Below are positions 1-10,157 of a DNA stretch of 64,000 nucleotides, in pieces. Numbering within the stretch: the stretch's first letter is position 1; the number at the start of each line of letters is the position of its first letter. Below the pieces are notes generated by a model. That model made no database searches. It was not told the origin of the DNA and saw nothing but the letters and a program-made list of their open reading frames with translations. The position numbers were made by a program, and so were the translations under genes. The DNA comes from Octopus vulgaris. Its lineage: Eukaryota. The stretch is taken from NCBI GenBank assembly GCA_951406725.2, contig OX597814.1, positions 4,402,001 to 4,466,000 of the forward strand, in the 5' to 3' direction.

Positions 1-105
1 AGATTGGAGCCTGGTGCAGCCATCTGGTTCGCCTGCCCTCAGTCAAAATCGTCCAACCCATGCTAGCATGGAAAGCGGATGTTAAACGATGATGATGATG
101 ATGAT
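1..105 (+). mobile_element. Family A retroposon tail (RTE 3'UTR-derived), truncated by window edge
   Basis: ggagcctggtgcagcc...ccaacccatgctagcatggaaagcggatgttaaac(GAT)n. Confidence 0.8.
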
Positions 106-156
106 GAATTAATCCATTTGTTATATTCTCTTGAATTTTTTCCTGATCTTTTTTAG

Positions 157-324
157 GCATTGAAAATATCTGCGTATTTGGAAAAGAAATCCATAAAAAA
201 TGTGACTGTTGGTACCGTGGAAAAGTTCCTGAGTTCTGAAAAAGAAGTTACCATTATTTCCACTGTCCGAAGTTGCCTAAATGATGAAGTGGAAAGTTCT
301 GTTGGATTTCTCAAGAATCCAAAA
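157..324 (+). CDS. MOV10: MOV10-like helicase exon (motif V region)
   Basis: ttttag acceptor at 155-156, gtaagt donor at 325; 168 nt, phase 0/0. Confidence 0.88.
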
Positions 325-3300
325 GTAAGTAATTTTTTAGAATTCTGAGATATTTTTATTAATTCCTGTTTTTAAATATCCAAATTGGATTATATTGCAA
401 CTTGCATTTGACTGTTACTAGGAGTGAGAGGTCATGTCAGGAGAGCCTTAGAACATGTTATCATGATGTCTTTGATATGACATTCATTTTATTTATGTTG
501 CTAAGGGATGCTCTTCAAGAAAGTCAGAAATGTCACAACTTTAGATTCCTACAAAAGTTTTGAGCTTACCGTTTTTTCTCATCGTATTCCTGTCGGAATA
601 TTTATTGCCTTTGTTTCAATGAAATGTGAAAATAATGAAGAATAAAATGAATTTCTCATTACTAAACTGACGTTTGGGACATAAATAACTGAATTTAAAT
701 ATGGTCAATATAATGAAAAATTAAAGGAGATTTTAACCTTTTGAAAATGAGAATTCTTGTAAAAACTTGTGTTTCAACATATGAGGGTGAGTCAAAAAGT
801 AATGCCATTTTGTTTAGGACAGGTATAATTACCAACACAGGAACATGTATCATACATCAAAATTAAGCTGGTCCTCTGTGGATCACATCCCTACTTCTCA
901 ACATAGTCACCATTTCTCTCAAAAGCAATGTTCCACCTTCGAATGAGAGCATGTATCCCTGCCCCGTAAAATTCTGTTGACTGTTCTTTGAGCCACTTCT
1001 TCACTACAATTTTATCATCTCTTCGGCCCCATGAAAGAGGGTTTGAGAGGCAAACATTATTCCAGTGACGAGGAAGTGAAAACTGTAGTGAAGAAGTGGC
1101 TCAAAGAAAAGTCAGAAGGAATTTTACGGGGCAGGGATCCATGCTCTCATTCGAAGGTGGAACATTGCTATTGAGAGAAACGGTGACTATGTTGAGAAGT
1201 AGGGATGTGATCCACAGAAGACCAGCTTCATTTTGATGTATGATACATGTTCCTGTGTTGGTAATTATACCTGTCCTAAACAAAATGGCATTACTTTTTG
1301 ACTCAGCCTCGTGTTTGCCAGTCAGATGCTTCTGATAAATGTAGAGACAAGAATGAGGACACAGGAATCTATGAAGTTCATTCAAAAACATTGCAAGGTT
1401 TTTTGACCTCCACTTTCACTTTGACGAGGAGATGATACCTGTGCCAGCGGCACGTAAAAAGCACCATCCAAACGTGGCCGATGCCAGCGCCGCCTTGACT
1501 GGCTTCTGTGCCGGTGGCACGTGACCTACTGTGCTTGAGGAGTCTTATTGAGTCAAGTACATCAACATCAAAATAAATATCAAATGGAAATTGTAGTTGT
1601 TGATACCTGTGCCGGTGGCACGTAAAAAGCACCATTGCCAGCCTCCCCTGGCACGTAAAAAGCACCCACTACACTCACAGAGTGGTTGGTATTAGGAAGG
1701 GCATCCAGCTGTAGAAACACTGCCAGATCAGACTGGAGCCTGGTGCAGCCATCTGGTTCACCAGCCCTCAGTCAAAATCGTCCAACCCATGCCAGCATGG
1801 AAAACGGACGTTAAATGATGATGATGACCATACAAACAGGAGTGATGTCCTTCTAATTCTATAATGGAACAATTCCAAGTAAAATTAAGTTTTTTTTTAA
1901 TGTTTTTAGAGTGAGTGCTGCAACATGTTATTGAAGCATATTACTATTTCCCATCTTATATCATCATCCAGTGTTTTAAATCCAGGTTGTGTCCCTGTTA
2001 ACAGTGGTAGCCAGATCTACCTCAATGCCATAGCAACTGAGGCAGGCAGGCACAACCCACCCCAACCTTTCGGCTGGCTGGTGCCCATTCTCCCTTGCTA
2101 TTATGAGGCTTTTTTGGAGCTGGATTTTCTACAGAGAGCATACCCTTGCTTACTCTCAACCTCAGTTTCTAGACATGAGTGGTCCCGGGACCAAGGCCTC
2201 TACCACGATTTTTAAGAAATGTGGTGGAAAACTAGCTCAGGGTGGCAGGGACGCTACTCCCTGGGAGCCCCTGCCTATAATAAGAGAATTCCCTGTCTGT
2301 CCATTGTACCTTGATCAAGATGTTTAGCCCTGTTTGTTGTGTTAGTCATTGAGACAGGAAAACCATTGGGTTGCACAGCCAAATATACCTTCAGGCATTT
2401 CGCTAATGGGTGGTTAAATGCCTCAGACATGGTGCAAGAAATGCGATAAGAAACAATTGGTGTTTCCAAATGGTATTCTACAACTCTCTTGTTCATCATC
2501 ATCATCGTTTAACATCCGTTTTCCATGCTGGCATGGATTGGACGGTTCGACTGGGGTCTGTGAAGCCAGATGGCTGCACCAGGCTCCAATCTGATCTGGC
2601 AGAGTTTCTACAGCTGGGTGCCCTTCCTAATGCCAACCACTCCGTGAGTGTAGTGGGTGCTTTTTACGTGCCACCAGCACAGAGGCCACATTTAGATGGT
2701 GCTTTTACGTGCCACCAGCACGGGAGCCAGTCAAGGTGACGCTGACATCAGCCACATTCGGATGGTGCTTTTTATGTGCCACCAGTACAGGAGGCTGGCA
2801 TCGACCACATTCAGATGGTGCCTTTTATGTGCCACCAGCTCAGGGAGCCAGTCAGGTGGAGCTGGCATCAGCCACAACTACAATTCCCATTTGATTGTGG
2901 TTTGATTTGATTTTGATGTTGATGTACTTGACTCAATAGGTCTCCTCGGAGAAAATAGTAAATGTTTGGCACCTGTGTCGGTGGCACATAAAATCACCCA
3001 CTACACTCTCGGAGTGGTTGGCGTTAGGAAGGGCATCCAGCCGTAGAAACACTGCCAGATCAGACTGGGCCTGGTGCAGCCTTCGGGCTCCCCAGACCCC
3101 AGTTGAACCGTCCAACCCATGCTAGCATGGAAAGCGGACGTTAAATGATGATGATGATGATAAATTGTGGTAAGCCTCCTGGCAAATTACATAACTACAT
3201 GTCATCATCATCATCATTTAGCGTCCGTTTTCCATGCTAGCATGGGTTGGACGGTTGAACTGGGGTCTGTGAAGCTGGAAGGCTGGATGCCCTTCCTAAC

Positions 3301-6192
3301 GCCAACCACTCCGAGAGTGTAGTGAGTGCTTTTTACGTGCCAGACAGAGCTGGCAAACGGCCACGAACGGATGGTGCTTTTACGTGTCACCGTAAAAGCA
3401 CCATTTTACGTGATTTTTGTTAATCCATTTTGTGCGTGTTGTGCCGGTACCTTTAGAAAAGGCATGTCTTGGCGTTCAGTTTCTACCAGAATATTAAACA
3501 TTTGACTAGAAGATGGTAATATAACAGACTTGCGGCTGCAGTAAGAAATCGTCTCTGGAGAAGCGTCTGTCATTTGTTGTAGGCCAACTGACATGTGGTG
3601 CCATATAAAACACAGAAACTTGTGTTGGAAGAGAAGAGTTCATTTCTAGATCAGAGACAAACCATCAGAAAGTTTCACCTTGTTTCGTTTTGTTAAATCA
3701 CTGAATTCCGAGCAGAAATAAAACCACACCAAACACTTTGTTTGAATTAAGTGACATGTAAAAATAAACACAATGAACTGTTATTAATTGTTATATTTCT
3801 GTAATTATATTTTAGCGCTTCAATGTGGCCCTCACAAGAGCTAAAGCACTAGAGATCGTTGTCGGCAATGCTGAAGTCCTGAAACAGGTGCCATGCTGGG
3901 GAAGGTAATAATAAAATTCATCATCTGCATCGTCATCACCATCATCATCATCATCACCATCATCATCTGCATCATCATCATCATCACCACCATCATCTGC
4001 ATCATCATCATCTGTATCATCACCATCTGCATCAGCATCATCATCATCATCACCATCATCACCATTATCATCTGCTGCTTTGCCTGCTGGGATTGGTTGG
4101 GTTATCAAGATCCAAGTCCTCCACTGTTGAGAACCATTATTCAAAGACTGCAGTTCTTCATGTCATTTCACTGAAGAGCTGAAGACACGTGGCATAACGG
4201 TTAGCGTATGCAGCTCACAGTCTTAAGTTCAATTCCTGACAGCACATTGCGTCCTTGAGCAAGACACTCTTTTATTTCATGGTGCACCAGTCCACTCAGC
4301 TGGCAACAGTGAGTTGTACCTTGTCCTGCTGAATCTCCCTCAGAACTACATTATAGTTATGTGTGTCTGTGGAGTACTCAGCCACATGCAGGCCATTCCA
4401 TTGATAGGCTCAGCTGGAACCCTTGTCGTTGTAAGTGATGGAGTATCCGTGAGATACCCTTCCTAATGCCAGCCACCCTACAGGGTGGTTTGGGTGCATT
4501 TTCTTTAGGGCATCAACATAAGGAAGGGTTTAACGGTCCTCAGTGAGACAGGTTTATACAGATCTCACAGCTTTCTCTGTCCGTTTGCCAAACTTTTGTA
4601 TGTGCAAGGTGTCACGTTCACTGATCACTCTACAAATTTCACTCAAATCATTTATGTACTTAAGGGAGACATTAACTAACCCTACAACAGTTAGTCACTG
4701 GGTACACCAGGGGACAAGGAGAGCACTCTCACTAATGTGTAAAGAATTCTGTAAAGCTAGTCTTTTATATGATCTACCAATTTTTCTGGCTTCTCAGTCC
4801 AAGAAACAGTAAAAGTAATTACCCAATCAACAATGGGTATTACTGCTAGTGTATGTATATGTATATATACACCTACACACACACACATATGGGATTTTTT
4901 CAGTTTCTGTCTACCAAGTCCACTTACAAGGTTTTGGTTGGCCTGAGATTATAATAAAAGACATCTGCCCAAGATGCCACACAGTGGGACTGAACCTGGA
5001 ACCATGCGGTTGAGAAGCATGCTTCTTACCACACTGAGTACAGGTAGGTGTTCATCAAGGCTCGGTCCCCTCTTTTTCATCATTGTTCTCCAGGCCATAA
5101 CAGTAATTCAAGGCTGGAAGCCCCTGGGAACTACTCAATACTTTGATGTAACAAACTCCATATCAGAGCCAGAAGAGAAATTCCCAGTGTGGAACCTAAG
5201 GGCCTTAGGGTTAACTTAGTGAGCAAAAAACCGACAGGACCCTACACTCTTCGGGTAGGCAGCCCTTCTCAGTTTGTAGAAAAGGTGTAGGCAGGAACTC
5301 CATACAGTGTATCCAGTGGAGTCTATGGTACAGTGGATTAATAGGAAAATTATCAGAGAAGTTTGTGTGTGTGTGTATGTGGAAGATGCACAGCATCCAT
5401 AAAAACCTTTAGAGACTCAGGAAATTGATTCTCTCAAATGCCCTGGGGGAAAGGATGCACGGAAAGTGTGATAACTAGAATAAGATAGAGGAAATTCAGA
5501 GAAGGCATTACCCTTATTGGCCCCAAAAGGTTTCTGTTTCTGAGTGGAAGAAAGATTGTATGATGTATGTATATGGACAGCAATTCTACATGGTAGTGAG
5601 ATGAGGGCATGTGAAGGTTAGAGAGGACTGAGGCCAGTAGGCACCTCTGGTTGTACAATGTAAATGCTAGTGTTCTGAGAGAGAAGTTAGACACAAGAGG
5701 AATTGCAAGAGAGAAGACTGCACTGGTTTGGCCATGTGGTGCAGATGGATGCTGACAGCAAAGTAGGTGGAACATGTGGAAGAGGAGGACCCAGCAAGAC
5801 GTGGGATGAAGTGCTGAAGGACGATCTCAGAACGGTCAACCTTTCAGATGATGATTACAAAGAACCGAGGTACCTGGTACTCTGCTACTGTACTCAAGAA
5901 GAGCCGTACTCCAAAGCAGAAGAGTCATGGCTGCATCCCCTGGGGAAGCAGATTGGTCTGCCTGCGAGGGTCCTCTGCTGGTACCGCATAAAAAGCACTC
6001 TTGCCAGTGTCACGTACAAGCTCCCAGCACACTCTGTAAGGTGGTTGGCAATAGGAAGGGGACCCAGCTGTAAGAAACCATGCCGAATCAGACTGGAGCC
6101 TGGTGCAGCTCTGGTCAAACCAACCAACTGTGCCAGCATTGAAAACAAGCATTAAATGATGATGATGATGATGATGATGTCTAGGTTACATA

Positions 6193-6229
<37 letters not shown>

Positions 6230-6852
6230 AGTGTGATAGTTTTTTGAATCATTATATATTTCTTTACTACCCACAAGGGGCTAAACACAGAGGGGACAAA
6301 CAAGGACAGACAAACAGATTAAGTCGATCCCAGAGCGTAACTGGTACTTAATTTATCGACCCCGAAAGGATGAAAGGCAAAGTTGACCTCGGCAGAATTT
6401 GAACTCAGAACGTAGCGGCAGACGAAATACGGCTACGCATTTCGCCCGGCGCGCTAACGATTCTGCCAGCTCGCCACCTTCAAAAAAAGGGAAAGAAAAA
6501 GCTTTTTGAATCATTATAGTCTGGGTAGAACTTCATTAGCCGAGGAATGGTGTGTAGAAAAATTCCAAGTTGAAATTTTAGTCTGGGACCCAAAAACTCT
6601 ACAGTTTGAGATGTAGGAAGGTATGCATACTGTATAGGAGGCAGGTACAGTAATTTCAAATGATGTGTGTGAATTGGGTCTCGTTGATTTTCTTGTTAAC
6701 TACCATCTCAGATGATAACCCTTATCAATGTTTCCTTTTTTTCTTTTTTTCCCTGCAGCTTCATTTCCTATTGCCAGGAAAACAACAGTTTCATTGAAGA
6801 CAAACTCCGAGAGGAAAAGAGGAAAAGCAAAACTAAAAAAGCTAAAAAATAA
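157..6852 (+). CDS. MOV10: MOV10/Armitage/SDE3-like SF1 (UPF1-like) RNA helicase, last three coding exons (157-324, 3816-3904, 6759-6852); 5' part lies outside the window
   Basis: Spliced translation ALKISAYLEKKSIKNVTVGTVEKFLSSEKEVTIISTVRSCLNDEVESSVGFLKNPK|RFNVALTRAKALEIVVGNAEVLKQVPCWG|SFISYCQENNSF...KKAKK* carries helicase motifs V/VI (IISTVRS, GFLKNPKRFNVALTRAK) and the MOV10-type W..F..YC.EN tail; all junctions GT-AG with matching phases (0, 2). MOV10 vs MOV10L1 or a lineage paralogue is not resolvable. Confidence 0.82.
782..1311 (+). mobile_element. Fold-back mariner derivative (MITE-like) with ~230-bp inverted arms
   Basis: TA|TGAGGGTGAGTCAAAAAGTAATGCC ... GGCATTACTTTTTGACTCAGCCTCG|TG; arms 782-1013 and 1079-1311; centre/right arm encode a mariner transposase C-terminus (HLFGPMKEGLRGKHYSSDEEVKTVVKKWL...RRWNIAIERNGDYVEK*). 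Confidence 0.85.
1436..1828 (+). mobile_element. Family A retroposon (RTE 3'UTR-derived)
   Basis: GGTGGCACGTAAAAAGCACC units, TTAGGAAGGGCATCCAGCTGTAGAAA core, (GAT)n tail. Confidence 0.85.
2493..3405. mobile_element. Cluster of three Family A copies in alternating orientation (2493-2950 -, 2968-3160 +, 3203-3405 -)
   Basis: Same core; tails read (CAT)n or (GAT)n according to strand. Confidence 0.82.
3816..3904 (+). CDS. MOV10: MOV10-like helicase exon (motif VI, RFNVALTRAK)
   Basis: tttag acceptor 3814-3815, gtaata donor 3905; 89 nt, phase 0/2. Confidence 0.9.
3919..4072. repeat. Imperfect (CAT)n microsatellite just 3' of a helicase exon
   Basis: catcatcaccatcatctgcatc... run. Confidence 0.95.
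4185..4450 (+). mobile_element. Degenerate tRNA-derived SINE, family D (similar at ~34095-34310 and ~41150-41330 +, ~22920-23190 -)
   Basis: A/B-box-like head followed by TCCTTGAGCAAGACAC and CCAGTCCACTCAGCTGGC. Confidence 0.6.
5590..6179 (+). mobile_element. Degenerate RTE-clade LINE 3' end running into a Family A tail
   Basis: RRLHWFGHVVQMD...GRGGPSKTWDEVLKDDL, then GCATAAAAAGCAC units, AGGAAGGGGACCCAGCTGTA core and (GAT)n. Confidence 0.75.
6256..6480 (-). mobile_element. Family C SINE with Meta-type core (other monomers ~13520-13712, 21800-22250, 25308-25530, 33025-33242, 46480-46610, all -)
   Basis: GGCGAGCTGGCAGAATCGTTAGC head, GAGTTCAAAT B box, GCCTTTCATCCTTTCGGGGTCGATAAATTAAGTACC core, AAAGAAATA tail. 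Confidence 0.85.
6759..6852 (+). CDS. MOV10: MOV10-like helicase terminal coding exon
   Basis: Long polypyrimidine tract + ctgcag acceptor; AG|C completes Ser; FISYCQENNSFIEDKLREEKRKSKTKKAKK then TAA 6850-6852. Confidence 0.85.
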
Positions 6853-7189
6853 GAATTCATTTCTTGTTTTTTTTTTCTATTTGGCAACTGTAAAACAGCA
6901 GACCTGAAAGCCGAGAGTTCTTCTTGGCTGACATTTGATAGGAAACTCACTAAACACAATATTCTGCTCTTAAAAACAATTTTCTTCAAACAATTCTCTG
7001 ATTCCTTCTCAAAGATGTAAAGAGGCCAACTTTTATTGAATTTTATTTAAACTTGAGGCACGTGAATGTGAAATGAAATATAATTGTATATAACTGGACA
7101 GGAGAAGAGCTTTTGTGATGAAAATATTCTTGGGAGGAATTTTTTTTTTCTTATTAACATGAAAAAACCATTGACTCATTGCTGACATC

Positions 7190-7800
7190 TCACCTTCTTC
7201 AGGTGCCATGTCCAGAATGAAGGACATGAGTCAGTCATGTCCTGCCACACTGTTCTTTGTTTTCTGTGACAGTTCTACGTCCTGACATTTAGTGCCTCTT
7301 CCTTCCAACCATTTCTTCAAGCTTGACATCATGTCATCCGTCTCCTTCATCTGCTTTTTTTTTTCTCTTCAATCTTTCTGGTCATCACTAAATTCTCCAA
7401 GTCCTCTTTCCTCATCAAATGATCTTAATTGCTTGGCCATTATCTTTTGAAGGAGTTTCCTATTTACTGCAGCCTGGATCATCTCTACTTCATCAGAAAC
7501 TTTGTCCATGCTATCCTCAATTTTCTCCAAGCACCTTCTCATTCCTCATGTTACAGACCATGCCTCTCACTTCCACACAGGCTAGACATAGCAGTCCAAT
7601 ATCCAGGTCTTCATCTTGACGCACAATGCAGAAAAACCGGTGACCAATGATATTACACATAACATTGTATGTAAAGAGAAATTCCTCCCAAGAATATTTC
7701 AGCAGCAAAATGGATCTCTACCCACCCAGGTAGAGGCAAATATATCAAATATGATTATACACATTAAATATTTTCAAGATGTTGGTAAAATTTTTAAAAG
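7190..7800 (-). mobile_element. Old RTE/BovB-like LINE 3' fragment in the probable helicase 3'UTR
   Basis: Broken minus-strand frame LMRKEDLENLVMTRKIEEKK resembles the RTE GH.MR....LE...M.GKIEG motif. Confidence 0.5.
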
Positions 7801-7869
7801 AGGTTCAAACCACTCTCCCTTCAAATGACCCAAAAAGTGGGGAAAAACAAAAACAAACTTGCCTCTTAA

Positions 7870-8285
7870 CCCTTTTGTTACCATACTTCTGTTGAGGTGT
7901 TCTGTTTCTTTTGATTTTTAAATATGATAAAGAATTTAGTAAAATAACTTTATCATTCAGCTAGTTTTAGGAACATAAATTGTGACCAAGGTTTGGTGGA
8001 AGATTTAAATTCAGAATTTTTAAAAACGAGACATTTGTACTACAGAATCAGAGACAATTTCAGCCAGGTTGGTATCAAAAGGGTTGAGTCAATTATTTAA
8101 CCCTTTTGTTACTAAATTTCTGTCAAGATGCTCTGTGTTTCTTTCAATTACTTTAAATATAATAAAGAATTTAGTAAAATAACTTCGTCATCATTAGGAA
8201 CATAAATTGTAACCAAGGTTTGGTGGAAGATTTTCATTTTAAAAACAAGACATTTGTACTACAGAGTAGATTGGTATCAAAAGGG
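7870..8285. mobile_element. Two tandem piggyBac-type MITEs (7870-8083, 8101-8285)
   Basis: TTAA|CCCTTTTG ... CAAAAGGG|TT(A/G)A termini; similar internal sequence. Confidence 0.75.
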
Positions 8286-9677
8286 TTAACAATCCTTCAG
8301 ACGTTGGGCCTGAAATTTTGGGAAGTGGCTTGATGATTGCATAGACCCTTGTTATTGTTCAAATTTTAACGAGATATTGACTAAATTTTTGACTTTTTCT
8401 TTCCCTTTTTTTATATCTTGTGACCGGTGATTGATTCATTCCTGGAGAAAGAAAGACAGGAATTTGCTGTGGAACTTTGAGTGCTATTCACTGTATTTAT
8501 CCTGGTTGTAAATGAAATTTGTGTGAGATTGTCTTCAGTAAAACTCTTTTGCATTCAGATTATTCTGTTAAATGGCTCTGGAAATTCCACCAGAAACATT
8601 TTTGCTGTGGGAAGATTTGTCATAGGCACACAGGCAGACTATAAACTAGATGATTCATTTTAAAGAAATTATCTTTAATTGGAAGGTCACCTGATGAAGT
8701 TGTCATTTTAAGAGAACACTTTTTTTTCATTTTTGCAATTTTTATTTTTTTCCTGCAAAATTTCCCCTCAGCTGTAATAATTCTTTATTCACATCATTCC
8801 AAATCAATCATGCATTAATTCATAGCTTTGAGATTTCGATGATGTGATTTTTTGTTTTAAATGTTTAGACTGACATTGTAGGATGGGTGTGAGAGGCCGG
8901 ACCCAGTCAGTTTGACTGTAAAACGGAATAGTTAGGCCTGATGTGCTAATGGGTTAACACTGTCCATCTTCCCTGCTGACAGGAGTTTTTAAACCTGCAA
9001 AACATGCAGAAGAAGACACCTGGGGAGGGGGGGGGTTATGTCAATTGTTGAAAGAACAACAGGAGAACTGCTGTAGAAGAGAGACATAAGGGTGGGTGGG
9101 TGGTTGGCAGTAGCTGAAAAGAGGTAAAGATGGGGGTTGAGGTGAATGGAATGAGGGTGGGGAATATGTGGGTGGAAGAGGAGTGGCTCAGGGAATAAAA
9201 AAAAAAAAATGATAGTGTGTGCGGGTATACTTGTATAAAGGGTGGACTGGTTGGAATAGGTCATGTCTTTACCTCTGCAAATTTTGTGTGACCCATGGGG
9301 GAGAATGGAAAAGTGTAATGTGTGTGTGTGTGTGTGTGTGTCCAAGTTGGGAAATGTGTCTTAATATTTTTTTGCAATAAACTATAAAACTACAAAACGT
9401 TCAACGGTCTTTTTTTTCCCCCACTTTCCTTTTCTTTCACGTGGTTACACAATTGTTCATGTTACACATATTAAACACACACGATACTTTTACGAGAAAA
9501 GAGGCCTCAATAACCTCAAAGTTGCAGCCTGCTGGCCTTTGTCGGATGAAGACCGGCACATTGGAACTTTAGAATCTTGTGAAAGTTTCTCACATTTACG
9601 TACTCTGCTAACAAAGTACTTGTCCCTCTGTTTAATGCTAAACTGTTTTAATAACTCCATATAAAAACAAACAAATA

Positions 9678-9861
9678 TGTGTCGGTGGCACATAAAATCA
9701 CCCACTACACTCTCGGAGTGGTTGGCGCTAGGAAGGGCATCCAGCTGTAGAAACACTGCCAGATCTGACTGGCCTGGTGCAGCCTTCGGGCTTGCCAGAC
9801 CCCAGTTGAACCGTCCAACCCATGCTAGCATGGAAAGCAGACGTTAAATGATGATGATGAT
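9678..9861 (+). mobile_element. Family A copy (further copies ~11044-11232, 11758-12035, 12528-12760, 15210-15511, 21028-21463, 25980-26145, 32440-32771, 42315-42616 +; 23698-24000, 24049-24380, 33478-34080, 47095-47590 -)
   Basis: Conserved core and (GAT)n tail, variable 5' truncation. Confidence 0.85.
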
Positions 9862-10157
9862 ATCACTGATCACCGTGACCGACCAGGCTATCAGATGTTG
9901 CTACACATCGCTGGTCACAATGCGCTTTGCATTGTTATCGCCTTCAAATGACACCACCCCGCTGGCTAAGCGAGCAGGCCAACAGAAGAAAGAGTGAGAG
10001 AAAGCTGCGGCGAAAGAGTACAGCAGGGATCGCCACCATCCCCTGCCAGAGCCTCGTGGAGCTTTAGGCGTTTTCATTCAATAGACACTCACAACGCCCA
10101 GTCTGGGAATCAAAACCGCAAGTCCGCTGCCCTAACCACTGGGCCATTGCGCCTCCA
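9862..10157 (-). mobile_element. tRNA-derived SINE, family E
   Basis: Reverse complement of 42931-43227 (GGAGGCGCAATGGCCCAGTGGTTAGGGCAGCGGACT head). Confidence 0.8.

Noticed and set aside
3812-4174. Asp-rich, Met-rich and Ile-rich ORFs
   Set aside because: (CAT)n microsatellite; same for 28864-29452
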